Below, one piece after another: positions 41,214 to 50,718 of a stretch of 64,000 bases of DNA. Position 1 is the first letter of the stretch. Each line of letters opens with the position of its first letter. The stretch comes from Thermodesulfobacteriota bacterium. GTDB lineage: Bacteria; Desulfobacterota_D; UBA1144; Nemesobacterales; Mycalebacteriaceae. The DNA lies in the NCBI GenBank assembly GCA_965226585.1, contig OZ245366.1:576001-640000 (forward strand). The letters are read 5' to 3'. The notes under the pieces are model-generated. The model had not been told where the DNA came from. It did not search any database and saw only the letters and a list, made by a program, of their open reading frames with translations. A program made the position numbers and the translations under genes.

Positions 41214-41903
41214 TTATGAGGGGGGAGGTGTCAAGCCGCCGGGAGCGGGTTTGTAAAGGTCTTTTCTCAAGTATTTCGGCGAGAAGGAAAAAGCGGTTTC
41301 GGTTTTTCCCTCCTCCATCAGCCGCAATCCCAGAGCCGCGCAAACCGCCGCGCTTGAAGACGTTACGGCAAAACCCTCAATCCCCGCCCCGTCATCTCCG
41401 CGCCGCGAGCCGGAACCTTCCTGCAAAACGGCGGTGAGCCCGTCATCTTTCATCTCCGCCGCGCCGCGCGCCAGTTCACCGGCAGACACAACCTCATCTT
41501 CCGACATCCTTGACAGCACACCGTTTTCTTTTCTGAAAAATGCCCGGAAAAACATCCCGCTTCTCGCGTCTATTGCCGCGCAGATATTCCCCTGACGGCA
41601 GTCCGCGCTTGCCGCGAGCAGTTCAAGAGACGGCACGGGAGCGATGGGAATACCAAGCGCGTAGGCAAACGCTTTTGCCGCCGCCGCGCCAACTTTCAAA
41701 GAGGTGAAAAATCCCGGACCTGAGGAAACCGCGACAAGACCAATATCGCTTTTGCCGATTGAGGTTTCCTTTAACGCCTCATCCACCGACAGCGTGAGTT
41801 CTTCCGCATTTTTTGTGAGTGAACGGACGGCAAGTGTCTTTTCCCCGTCCGCAAGGGCAATTTGCCCCCGGTGGGTTGAAGACTCAATCGCCAAAACTTT
41901 CAT
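41214..41903 (-). CDS. tsaB: t6A biosynthesis protein TsaB
   Basis: VLAIESS, GPG.FTSLKVG, IDAR, PKYLR. Confidence 0.88.
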   Translation of the reverse strand: MKVLAIESSTHRGQIALADGEKTLAVRSLTKNAEELTLSVDEALKETSIGKSDIGLVAVSSGPGFFTSLKVGAAAAKAFAYALGIPIAPVPSLELLAASADCRQGNICAAIDARSGMFFRAFFRKENGVLSRMSEDEVVSAGELARGAAEMKDDGLTAVLQEGSGSRRGDDGAGIEGFAVTSSSAAVCAALGLRLMEEGKTETAFSFSPKYLRKDLYKPAPGGLTPPPS

Positions 41904-41905
41904 TT

Positions 41906-42931
41906 TCAGGAGTCTTTGACGCCGGCTTTTCCCAGAATGTCCTTTCTCAGCCGGCGGGCGAGCGGAAGGTTGTCTGCCAGAAACTCAACGGATTTCTGGC
42001 GTCCCTGCCCGATTTTTGTGTCTCCGTATGAGAAATGCGCGCCTTTCTGCTCAACCACTCCGTAGTGGGCTCCGATGTCCAGAAGTTCCCCGAATTTTGA
42101 GATTCCCTTGCCGTAGACTATTTCCACTTCGGCGGCTCTGAACGGCGGCGCGACCTTGTTTTTTACAACGCGCACCCTCGCCTTGATTCCCGTTATGTTT
42201 TCGTCCTTGTCTTTTACGGCCGCAATTCTTCTCACGTCCATGCGGACTGAAGAGTAGAAACGCAGGGCGGTTCCGCCGGTTGTGGTTTCGGGGTTCATGT
42301 AGGCGGGAACTCCGATTTTCTGCCTTGTCTGGTTGATGAAAACCACAATCGTGCCAGATTTGTGCACATTTCCCGTCAGTTTTCTCAGAGCCTGAGACAT
42401 CAGCCTTGCCTGAAGTCCCACGTGCTTGTCTCCCATCTCTCCGTCTATCTCCGCCTTGGGAACAAGGGCGGCAACGGAGTCAATAACTATGATGTCAACC
42501 GCTCCGCTCTTTACAAGTGTGTCAACTATTTCAAGCGCCTGCTCGCCGCTGTCGGGCTGGGAAACCAGAAGGTCGGTCAGCTTCACTCCCAGAGCTGCCG
42601 CGTATTTTGGGTCAAGGGCGTGCTCTGCGTCCACAAAAGCCGCCGTGCCTCCGTTTTTCTGGCATTCCGCAATCGCGCTTATGGCGATTGTTGTTTTGCC
42701 CGAAGACTCCGCGCCGTATATCTCAACAATTCTTCCCCTCGGAAGCCCGCCCACGCCCAGAGCGATGTTTACGCCGACCGAGCCGGTGGAAACCACCTGC
42801 ATATCCGGCAATTTTCCGTCCGCGCCGAGCGTCATAATCGCGCCGTCTCCGAACTGTTTTTCTATTATTGAGATTGCCTTGTCTATTGAAGTTTCAGTTT
42901 TTGAAGGTTTGGTTTTTTCTTTTGCAGACAT
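41906..42931 (-). CDS. recA: Recombinase A
   Basis: [52 protein letters not shown]. Confidence 0.98.
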   Translation of the reverse strand: MSAKEKTKPSKTETSIDKAISIIEKQFGDGAIMTLGADGKLPDMQVVSTGSVGVNIALGVGGLPRGRIVEIYGAESSGKTTIAISAIAECQKNGGTAAFVDAEHALDPKYAAALGVKLTDLLVSQPDSGEQALEIVDTLVKSGAVDIIVIDSVAALVPKAEIDGEMGDKHVGLQARLMSQALRKLTGNVHKSGTIVVFINQTRQKIGVPAYMNPETTTGGTALRFYSSVRMDVRRIAAVKDKDENITGIKARVRVVKNKVAPPFRAAEVEIVYGKGISKFGELLDIGAHYGVVEQKGAHFSYGDTKIGQGRQKSVEFLADNLPLARRLRKDILGKAGVKDS

Positions 42932-42934
42932 TTT

Positions 42935-44182
42935 TTACTCCAAATTTTTTTCCGCGCCGCCCGGCAAAAGCGCCAGCCTCATCACCATCTCAAGAGCCGC
43001 CGCCACAGAACTTTCGCGTATGCGGGAGCGTTTTCCCCTGAACTCAAATTTTGAGACTTCGCCGCCGGAATTACCCGCGCTGGTGGCAATGTAAACGGTT
43101 CCCACCGGCTTTTCAAACGAGCCGCCTCCGGGTCCCGCTATTCCCGTTATCCCGACCCCTATGCTTGCGCCGAACCGTTTTCTCACCCCTTCCGCCATAG
43201 CCTCCGCCACGGCGGCGCTCACGGCTCCCTCTTTTTCAATCAGCGCGGCGGGAACGCCAACCGTGTCGGTCTTTGATTCGTTGGAATACGACACAACGCC
43301 GCCCGGAAACCATGCGGAACTTCCGGCGATACCGGTCAGTTTCCCGGCAAGCATTCCCCCCGTGCACGATTCCGCCGTGGCAACGGTGAGTTTTTTTTCG
43401 CTCAGCGCCCGCGCCACCGCTTCGGTGAGCGTTTCGCCGCCGGTTGAGAAAGCCGCGGAAGCAAAATGTTTTTTTATTTCTCCGGCGACCTTCTCAACCT
43501 CCGGCGCGTTGCGAGGGTGGGAAACTCTCACCTGAATTTCGTGCTCTCTCAACCGGTACGCGATGTCAACTTCGCCCGTGTCCATGCTCTCAACCCGCCT
43601 TGCTATCTCTGATTCCGGCACACCGAAAATACTGACCGCCTTTATTGAAAAGCCTCCCGCGCCGCCCCTGCGGATGATGTCCGGCAGGGCAAAATCTTTG
43701 AGCATCGCCCTGAACTCGGCAGGCACTCCGGGCAGAAAGTAGAAAACCGCCTTTTCCGGTTTGAACATGAACCCCGGAGCCACGCCCTCTGAATTTGGAA
43801 CCGGCTCCGCGCCCGAGGGAAATTCCGCCTGCTTTTTATGTGACGGCAGAACACGCCGGTCTATCTTCTTCAGCGCGTTCTCAACCATTTCAAGCGCGCG
43901 CGCGTCTGTTTCAAGCGGAACACCGAAACTTTCCGCCGCGCAAGACGCGGTGAGGTCGTCGGGCGTGGGACCGAGACCGCCGCAGACGACTGTGAAGTCC
44001 GCCTTTGCCGCGTCTCTCAGGGCGGCAACTATGTCTTTTCTGCTGTCGCCCACAGACGTTCTTTTGCGGGGCGGCGCGATTCCCGCAGACACCAGTTCAC
44101 GCGCCGCGAATGAAAAGTTTGTGTCTTCAGTCGCCCCTGAAAGAATCTCATCTCCAACCGTTACAAACTCAATTTCAGCCAA
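42935..44182 (-). CDS. cinA: CinA (molybdopterin-binding-like plus NMN deamidase)
   Basis: VGDEIL.G...DTN, GGLGPTPDD, PGVP.E, AESCTGG, GITGIAGPGGG; TTG start at 44182 inferred. Confidence 0.92.
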   Translation of the reverse strand: MAEIEFVTVGDEILSGATEDTNFSFAARELVSAGIAPPRKRTSVGDSRKDIVAALRDAAKADFTVVCGGLGPTPDDLTASCAAESFGVPLETDARALEMVENALKKIDRRVLPSHKKQAEFPSGAEPVPNSEGVAPGFMFKPEKAVFYFLPGVPAEFRAMLKDFALPDIIRRGGAGGFSIKAVSIFGVPESEIARRVESMDTGEVDIAYRLREHEIQVRVSHPRNAPEVEKVAGEIKKHFASAAFSTGGETLTEAVARALSEKKLTVATAESCTGGMLAGKLTGIAGSSAWFPGGVVSYSNESKTDTVGVPAALIEKEGAVSAAVAEAMAEGVRKRFGASIGVGITGIAGPGGGSFEKPVGTVYIATSAGNSGGEVSKFEFRGKRSRIRESSVAAALEMVMRLALLPGGAEKNLE

Positions 44183-44654
44183 GAAACGCCCCCGAAAAAA
44201 CACCAAAATATCCGGCGGCGGCAACGGCGGGGGCGGCGAGAAACCCCGCGTAAACGTCATCAAGCACTATCCCCCAGCCGCCCGGAAGTTTTTCAATCAG
44301 GCGCGAGGGATAGACTTTCACGATGTCAAAAACCCTGAACAGAACAAAACCCAGAACTATCTCTCCCGCTCCTCCCGAAGACAGAAGCATTGCGGCAAAA
44401 AATCCCGCCGCTTCGTCAATAACAATTTTTTGAGGGTCGCCGCCGCCGAACGCGGTTTGCGCCTTTGCGCACACAAATACTGACACAAGCGTGAACGCGG
44501 CGCAGAAAACGGCGAACTCTGCCGCGCCGAGGTTTTTGAGAAAAAACGCGTAGACAGCCACAGCCCCCGCCGTTCCCGCCGTTCCCGGAGCGACAGGAAA
44601 ATAGCCCAGACCGAAAAGCGAAGATACGATTTTTGCGGGTGTTCCCGGTTTCAG
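44175..44654 (-). CDS. pgpA: Phosphatidylglycerophosphatase A
   Basis: GLGY.P.APGTAG, DPQKIVIDE, FRVFDI.K, GG.GIVLDD; start uncertain (CTG 44654 or GTG 44756). Confidence 0.9.
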   Translation of the reverse strand: MKPGTPAKIVSSLFGLGYFPVAPGTAGTAGAVAVYAFFLKNLGAAEFAVFCAAFTLVSVFVCAKAQTAFGGGDPQKIVIDEAAGFFAAMLLSSGGAGEIVLGFVLFRVFDIVKVYPSRLIEKLPGGWGIVLDDVYAGFLAAPAVAAAGYFGVFSGAFLG

Positions 44655-45157
44655 TTTCGCGCTCCGGATTCCACTTCGAGAAGTGTTTTTTTCATCTCCG
44701 CCCCGCCTCCGCCGCTGTATCCTCCCGCCCCTTTCGCGCCGACAACCCTGTGGCACGGAATGAGTATCGGGAAAACGTTTGCCGCAAGCGCGCCCGCGAC
44801 CGCTCTGCGGTATTTTACTCCGCCCGCCGCCTCCGCGATTTCCGAATATGTTCTGGTTTGCCCGCGCGGTATTTTCGCCGTTTCTCTCCACACGCGCAGG
44901 CGGAACCGCGAAGCTTCGGGAAGCACCGCCCCGCGAAGAGGCGGATTGAGCCCGCTCTCTTTGAGGCACGCAGACACGTCTGAGAGCGCGGAGTCAAGCG
45001 CGCGCTTGGTTTCAGGGGGAATTCTCCCGGCGCGGGAAGCGGGTTTTTTCTCAAGCCCGACCGATATGCGGCGAAGCCCTTGCCTGTCTGCGTAGGCGGT
45101 TACGAAAATACCGCGCTCAAATTCAATCGTTTTGGAAAAAAGGAAGGTTTGTTCCAT
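44651..45157 (-). CDS. ogt: Methylated-DNA-protein-cysteine methyltransferase
   Basis: IP.GQTRTY.EIA, RAVAGA, IPCHRVV active site. Confidence 0.9.
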   Translation of the reverse strand: MEQTFLFSKTIEFERGIFVTAYADRQGLRRISVGLEKKPASRAGRIPPETKRALDSALSDVSACLKESGLNPPLRGAVLPEASRFRLRVWRETAKIPRGQTRTYSEIAEAAGGVKYRRAVAGALAANVFPILIPCHRVVGAKGAGGYSGGGGAEMKKTLLEVESGARN

Positions 45158-45204
45158 TTGAGAAAACCGCTCCATAATCTATAATTGCGCGGAAGGCATT
45201 GCAA
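45158..45204. promoter_or_regulatory. Overlapping divergent sigma70 promoters (parA on +, ogt operon on -)
   Basis: + TTGAGA-16-TATAAT (45158-45185); - TTGCAA-17-TAGATT (45204-45176). Confidence 0.5.
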
Positions 45205-45279
45205 GAACAGTTCCGTTTCCGAATTGAACATTTTACACCACATCCGGGGGCTACGCGCAGATTCACAGGGAACTTTCCC

Positions 45280-46071
45280 ATGGCAAAGATTATAGGGGTT
45301 GTGAATCAGAAGGGCGGCGTGGGAAAAACCACGACCGCGGTCAATCTTTCAGCAAGCCTCGCCTTGCTGAGACAGAAAACCCTGCTTGTGGATTTCGACC
45401 CTCAAGGCAATTCTTCAAGCGGCGTGGGTGTTGACAAAAACGACCCGGACATTGCCACGGTCTACGATGTGCTTACGGGCGAAAGCCCGCTTGAGCCGTC
45501 AATCAGAAAAGTTTATCCTGACTTTTTCAAAGACATGTTTGACGTTCTGCCGTCAAACTCGCAGCTTACCGGGGCGGAGGTTGAGTTTCTTTCAATTGAA
45601 GACAGGGAGAACGTTCTCAAAAACCGTTTTTCAGAGGTTCCGGACTCCTACGATTACGTCATCATAGACTGTCCGCCTTCGCTGAACATACTTTCCATAA
45701 ACGCCCTTGCGGCGGCGGACTCGGTGATAATTCCGGTTCAGTGTGAATACTACGCGCTTGAAGGGGTTGCCCACATCCGCAACACGCTTTCTCTCGTGCG
45801 GCGGCGCATCAATCCCGCTTTGAGCGTTGAAGGTTATCTTCTGACTATGTTTGACACGCGAAACAACATCTGCCACGCGGTTGCCCGCGAAACGCGCAAC
45901 CATTTCGGGGCGGAAACTTTTGAGACGGTAATATCGCGCACCGTCCGCCTTGCGGAGTGTCCGAGCCACGGCAAACCGCTTATTGTTTATGAAAGTAATT
46001 CCCAGGGGGCGCAAGATTATATGTCGCTTGCCGGGGAGATAATAAAGAAAAACGGAGGTGTTCAAACTTGA
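45280..46071 (+). CDS. parA: Chromosome partitioning ATPase Soj/ParA
   Basis: NQKGGVGKTTT, DFDPQGN, IDCPPSL, PVQCEYYALEG. Confidence 0.95.
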   Translation: MAKIIGVVNQKGGVGKTTTAVNLSASLALLRQKTLLVDFDPQGNSSSGVGVDKNDPDIATVYDVLTGESPLEPSIRKVYPDFFKDMFDVLPSNSQLTGAEVEFLSIEDRENVLKNRFSEVPDSYDYVIIDCPPSLNILSINALAAADSVIIPVQCEYYALEGVAHIRNTLSLVRRRINPALSVEGYLLTMFDTRNNICHAVARETRNHFGAETFETVISRTVRLAECPSHGKPLIVYESNSQGAQDYMSLAGEIIKKNGGVQT

Positions 46072-46958
46072 GAAAAAACACACTTGGCAGAGGGCTTGAA
46101 TCTCTCATTCCGGAAGGCGGCGCTGATGCCGGAAGTCAGAAGGGGCGGCTTTCCCTTCCCCTCGAACGGCTCAAACCCGGAGCGGGACAGCCCAGAAAAA
46201 GTTTTGATGACACCGCGCTCGGCGAACTCGCGGACTCAATAAAAGAGAAGGGGCTGATACAGCCGCTGATTGTTAGAAAGCACGGGGCGAAATACGAGAT
46301 AATCGCCGGAGAAAGGAGGTGGCGGGCGGCACAGAAAGCGGGTTTAAGAGAAGTTCCCGTTATCGTGAGGGAGATGGCGGACGGCGAGTCCGTTGAGATT
46401 GCGCTTATTGAGAACATTCAGCGCGAAGACCTCAACCCGTTTGAAGAGGCGGGCGCGTACGAAAGGCTTCTTGACGAGTTTGATTTGACCCACGATGAGG
46501 TCGCAAAACGTGTCGGCAAAAGCAGGGCGGCGATTACAAACCAGTTGCGGCTTTTGAAACTTTCCCCGCCCGCCCGGGAGGCGCTTCTGTCGGGGCGTAT
46601 ATCAATGGGTCACGCGAGGGCTGTTTTGGGTCTCAAGTCCGGAGCGGATGAGCAGGCGGCGGTTTCAAAGACAGTCTCGGGCGGCCTGTCTGTGCGGCAG
46701 ACAGAAACGCTTGTGAGAAAAATAAACTCAGGCGGCAGAAAAGGGGGCGGCGCGAAACAGGCGGACATATATTTGAAGCAGGCGGAGCGCGCCATACGCG
46801 AACGGCTTGGAGCCAGAGTGAAGATAGAGGGCGGAAGGGAGAAGGGCAGAATTGTTATCGCCTATTCGTCTGCAGATGAACTTGAGAGAATTTCTTTTGA
46901 GATGGCGAATGAGTCTCCCCTGCCTTCGGGCGGTTCGGGCGGGGGAACGGCGGAATGA
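46068..46958 (+). CDS. parB: Chromosome partitioning protein ParB/Spo0J
   Basis: LGRGL, QPR, IIAGERRWRAA, ENIQREDL, GKSR...N.LRLL. Confidence 0.95.
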   Translation: MRKNTLGRGLESLIPEGGADAGSQKGRLSLPLERLKPGAGQPRKSFDDTALGELADSIKEKGLIQPLIVRKHGAKYEIIAGERRWRAAQKAGLREVPVIVREMADGESVEIALIENIQREDLNPFEEAGAYERLLDEFDLTHDEVAKRVGKSRAAITNQLRLLKLSPPAREALLSGRISMGHARAVLGLKSGADEQAAVSKTVSGGLSVRQTETLVRKINSGGRKGGGAKQADIYLKQAERAIRERLGARVKIEGGREKGRIVIAYSSADELERISFEMANESPLPSGGSGGGTAE

Positions 46959-47227
46959 AAATGTTTGATGTGAAAATAGAGATTCGTCCGGCGGGAGGCG
47001 TGCTTGACCCTCAGGGCAAAACCGTTTTCTCCACATTGGAGAATCTGGGTTTTAAGGGCGTGAAATCCGTAACTGCGGGCAAACTGATAGAGTTGAGCGT
47101 AGAGTCCGGGGACAAACAATCGGCGGAAAAAGAGGCGCGGGAGATGTGCGAGCGGTTTCTCGCAAACCCCGTGATAGAGGTGTTTTCCGTTGAAGTTCAG
47201 CCGCGCGCGGAGAAGGGCGGTGGCTGA
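46955..47227 (+). CDS. purS: FGAM synthase subunit PurS
   Basis: VLDPQG, GK.IEL, LANPVIE. Confidence 0.95.
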   Translation: MKMFDVKIEIRPAGGVLDPQGKTVFSTLENLGFKGVKSVTAGKLIELSVESGDKQSAEKEAREMCERFLANPVIEVFSVEVQPRAEKGGG

Positions 47228-47924
47228 GTTCGGCGTGCTTGTTTTTCCGGGCTCAAACTGCGATGCGGATTGCGTCAGCGCGGTCAGGGCTCTTGGCTAC
47301 GGAGGCGTGAGCGTTTGGCATGAGGAGACGTCTCTTGACGGCATTGACTGCGTTGTTATTCCCGGCGGCTTTTCCTATGGAGACTATTTGAGAACGGGGG
47401 TGATGGCGTCTTTTTCTCCCGTGATGGAGAGCGTGAAGGAATTTGCCGGCGAGGGCAAGCCCGTTATCGGAATCTGCAACGGGTTTCAGATACTCACCGA
47501 ATGCGGGCTTGTGCCCGGCGCGTTTGTGCGGAACTCGTCTCTGCGTTTTGTGTGTAAATGGACACACGTGCGCGTTGAGAACACGCAGACGCCTTTTACG
47601 GCGGAGTTCAAAAAGGGCGATGTGTTGAGAATTCCGGTCGCAAACGGAGAGGGGGCTTTTTTTTGTTCTGAAGACGAGGCGGCGGAGATGGAGAGTGAAG
47701 GGCGGGTTGTTCTCCGCTACTGCACAGAAGACGGCGAGGTGACTGCCGGCGCAAATCCCAACGGCTCTGTGGCTAACATAGCGGGTGTTTGCTCGGGCGG
47801 CGGAAACCTGATTGGAATGATGCCGCACCCTGAAAGGTGTTGCGACAAAACCCTCGGCGGCACAGACGGCGCGGGGATTTTTGAGTCGGCAGCGCGGTGG
47901 GTTTCAAAAAAACGCGAAGGGTAG
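47220..47924 (+). CDS. purQ: FGAM synthase glutaminase subunit
   Basis: FPGSNCD, PGGFSYGDYLR, GICNGFQ, GMMPHPER; GTG start 47220. Confidence 0.96.
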   Translation: MAEFGVLVFPGSNCDADCVSAVRALGYGGVSVWHEETSLDGIDCVVIPGGFSYGDYLRTGVMASFSPVMESVKEFAGEGKPVIGICNGFQILTECGLVPGAFVRNSSLRFVCKWTHVRVENTQTPFTAEFKKGDVLRIPVANGEGAFFCSEDEAAEMESEGRVVLRYCTEDGEVTAGANPNGSVANIAGVCSGGGNLIGMMPHPERCCDKTLGGTDGAGIFESAARWVSKKREG

Positions 47925-47984
47925 CCTGCGTTTTATCTTTGATTTTTCTGTGGTAGTTTTCCACCGGACGGAAGTTTTTTTGTC

Positions 47985-48218
47985 ATGCCTGAAGAAAACG
48001 GAAATTTTATAGACATCACGGGCGAAGTCTGCCCCATGACTTCAATCAAAACCAAACTCAAACTCAAAGGTATGCAGACGGGCGATGTGCTTGAGGTTCG
48101 CGTGAGCCGGGGCGAGCCGGTTGAAAACCTGCCCCGCACAATCGAGCGCGAAGGACACAAGGTTATTGAAATCAAACAGGAAGGCGATTTCTACACCGTC
48201 AGGATAGAGCGCGTCTGA
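47985..48218 (+). CDS. tusA: Sulfurtransferase TusA family
   Basis: IDITGEVCPM, GDVLEV, GH.V. Confidence 0.88.
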   Translation: MPEENGNFIDITGEVCPMTSIKTKLKLKGMQTGDVLEVRVSRGEPVENLPRTIEREGHKVIEIKQEGDFYTVRIERV

Positions 48219-48219
48219 T

Positions 48220-49161
48220 ATGAGGCAAGCCGCCGACATCGAAGACTTGCGAACCGAAGCGGTATCACGCTCAATCGTTGATTTTATCGGAAACACTCCC
48301 CTTATCAGACTTTCAAAACTTGCGCGCGGAATTCCGCAAGATGTTGAGATATACGCCAAAGCGGAATGGCTGAACCCCGGCGGTTCGGTGAAAGACCGCG
48401 CGGCTTTCAGAATGGTTTCAGAAGCCGTGGCAAACGGCGACCTGAAAAAAGGGCGCGTGATAATGGACTCGTCTTCGGGCAACACCGCCATCGCGTATTC
48501 AATGATAGGCGCGGCGCTGGGGTTTCCCGTCACAATAGTTACCCCGGCAAACATCAACCTTGAAAGAAAGAAAACCATTGAGGCGTTCGGCGCGGAGATA
48601 ATTCACTCTGACCCCATAGAAGGCTCGGACGGCGCGATTATGCTTGCCCACAAAATCAAAAACGAATCGCCCGACAAATATTTTATGCCCGACCAATACA
48701 ACAACCCTCTCAACCCTCTCGCCCATTACGACACAACCGCCCCGGAAATATGGGAGCAAACGGGCGGGCGCGTTACGCATTTTATAGCGGGAGTGGGAAC
48801 AAGCGGCACGCTGATGGGAGTTTCGCGGCGGCTGAAAGAGTTCAACCCGGAAGTGAAAACTCTGGAGATTCAGCCGGCGGAAGTGCTTCACGGTCTTGAG
48901 GGGCTCAAACACATGGAGACCTCAATAGTGCCGGGGATTTACGACCGGGGCGTGTTTGACGGCAGTATCAGTATCTCCACCGAAGATTCATACAGGATGA
49001 TGGAGGAGATGGTTAAGGAAGAGGGAGTGTTTATCGGACATTCCGGCGGCGCGGCGGTTTGCGGGGCGATAGAGGTGGCGCGCTCAATCACGGCGGGCGT
49101 TATAGTAACGGTGCTTCCGGACAGCGGATTCAGATATTTGAGCGAGAAACTGTGGTGGTAG
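48220..49161 (+). CDS. cysM: PLP-dependent cysteine synthase (CysM-like)
   Basis: GNTPL, NPGGSVKDR, SSGNT, DQYNN, GVGTSGT, PDSG.RYLS. Confidence 0.9.
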   Translation: MRQAADIEDLRTEAVSRSIVDFIGNTPLIRLSKLARGIPQDVEIYAKAEWLNPGGSVKDRAAFRMVSEAVANGDLKKGRVIMDSSSGNTAIAYSMIGAALGFPVTIVTPANINLERKKTIEAFGAEIIHSDPIEGSDGAIMLAHKIKNESPDKYFMPDQYNNPLNPLAHYDTTAPEIWEQTGGRVTHFIAGVGTSGTLMGVSRRLKEFNPEVKTLEIQPAEVLHGLEGLKHMETSIVPGIYDRGVFDGSISISTEDSYRMMEEMVKEEGVFIGHSGGAAVCGAIEVARSITAGVIVTVLPDSGFRYLSEKLWW

Positions 49162-49565
49162 AGATTTCAAAAGAAGCGTTTGAGGGAATGAAGGCGCACG
49201 CCGAGCGCGGATATCCCGAAGAGGTTTGCGGAGTTATGGCGGGCGGGGAAGCGCGAGTTTCGGTTTTTACCGAATGCCGCAACCTCAACACCGAAAGAGC
49301 GCGCGACAGATACGAACTTGACCCCGTTTCTTTCAACGAAGCGGACAGCGCGGCGAGGGAGAAGGGAATGGATATAGTCGGCATATACCACTCCCACCCC
49401 GACCATCCGGCGCAACCTTCAGAGACAGACAGGCAAAGGGCGTGGCCCGGATGGGGATACCTGATAATGTCAATAGAAAAGGGCGCTTTCAAAACCGCCA
49501 CTCTGTGGTATCTGAACGAAAAAACGGGCTTTTTCGAGCAAAGAGATTTTGTTGTCGGCGGCTAG
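49155..49565 (+). CDS. JAB/JAMM (M67) metallopeptidase, Mec-like
   Basis: YPEEVCG and YHSHPDHPAQPSETD (E-HxH-S-D); GTG start about 49152-49155. Confidence 0.9.
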   Translation: MVEISKEAFEGMKAHAERGYPEEVCGVMAGGEARVSVFTECRNLNTERARDRYELDPVSFNEADSAAREKGMDIVGIYHSHPDHPAQPSETDRQRAWPGWGYLIMSIEKGAFKTATLWYLNEKTGFFEQRDFVVGG

Positions 49566-49675
49566 TTTCGTCCGCTCCGTCCGCGCAAAAAGCAAAGGAC
49601 TTTATTTTCCAATTTTCTTTTTGTTATAATGGCGCGAGCAGTCGGTTCTGCGGAAAACATTAGAGGGGTTTAGAG

Positions 49676-50710
49676 ATGAAAAGATTTTCAGTATTTGCGA
49701 TTATCGCTATTGTTGCGGGGGCGGTTTACACGCTGTTTCCCGGCGATTCCGTAACAACAACCGCGAATAAAGAGGCGTCCGCAGGCGAGCATTCCGGCGC
49801 GCTTGCCTACACTTACAAGATAAAAAACGGCGACTCGCTGATACTGATAGCGCGGAAATTCGGGCTGGATGTTGAAACGATTAAAGATGCCAACACCCTA
49901 AAAGACAGCGTCATATACAAGGGAGATCTTCTCGGCATTCCCGTTGACCCGAGTTCGGTCGCGTTTTTCTACACCGCCAAGCCGGGCGACACCATAACCT
50001 CAATCGCCCGCGCCCACGGCACAAGCGTTGAGCGCGTAATGAGGCTCAACCATATGGATGACGACTCTCTGATAGCGTCTCAAAAAATCCTCGTGAACCG
50101 CAACCCCGATTCGGACGCGAGATATGTTGTGTTTGAAATTGCGGATGGAGACACGCCGCAGGAAATTTCAAAAGCGTTCGGAGTCGGCATAAAAGAGATT
50201 GAGAAGATGAACGCCTCCCATCCGGGCTGGAAGGATCCGGGTTCGCACATCGTTGTTGACACTTTTGACTACAAATACTCTCCGCGCACACGCGACAGCA
50301 TTATAGACACGGCGAAACGCTATCTGGGCTCTCCCTACAAATACGGCGGAAACTCAACGAAAACCGGCATAGACTGCTCGGCTTACGTCAAAAAAGTGTT
50401 CGGCTTTTTCGGCGTTAACCTGCCCAGAACGGTCAGGCTTATGCACAAACACGCCGACGGGCTCTGGGTTGACAAAAACCGGCTTATGAAGGGCGACCTC
50501 GTTTTCTTTGAAACCGACAGACCCTTCCCCTCGCACATCGGCATCTACATGGGAGACGGCAAATTCATTCACGCCTCATCGGTGGGTGAAAAGGTTATAG
50601 TTTCGGAACTGTCCCGCCCCTACTACACGGAAACCTACATAGGAGCGAAGAGGATATACCTGCGCGACAGCGACACGGTTGCCTATCTGGATACCGAGAC
50701 GGAACACTGA
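49676..50710 (+). CDS. LysM-repeat NlpC/P60 peptidoglycan endopeptidase
   Basis: Signal/anchor, three LysM-like repeats (GDSL, GDTI, GDTP), PYKYGG, GIDCS, HIGIY, FIHASS. Confidence 0.92.
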   Translation: MKRFSVFAIIAIVAGAVYTLFPGDSVTTTANKEASAGEHSGALAYTYKIKNGDSLILIARKFGLDVETIKDANTLKDSVIYKGDLLGIPVDPSSVAFFYTAKPGDTITSIARAHGTSVERVMRLNHMDDDSLIASQKILVNRNPDSDARYVVFEIADGDTPQEISKAFGVGIKEIEKMNASHPGWKDPGSHIVVDTFDYKYSPRTRDSIIDTAKRYLGSPYKYGGNSTKTGIDCSAYVKKVFGFFGVNLPRTVRLMHKHADGLWVDKNRLMKGDLVFFETDRPFPSHIGIYMGDGKFIHASSVGEKVIVSELSRPYYTETYIGAKRIYLRDSDTVAYLDTETEH

Positions 50711-50718
50711 ACGGGAAA

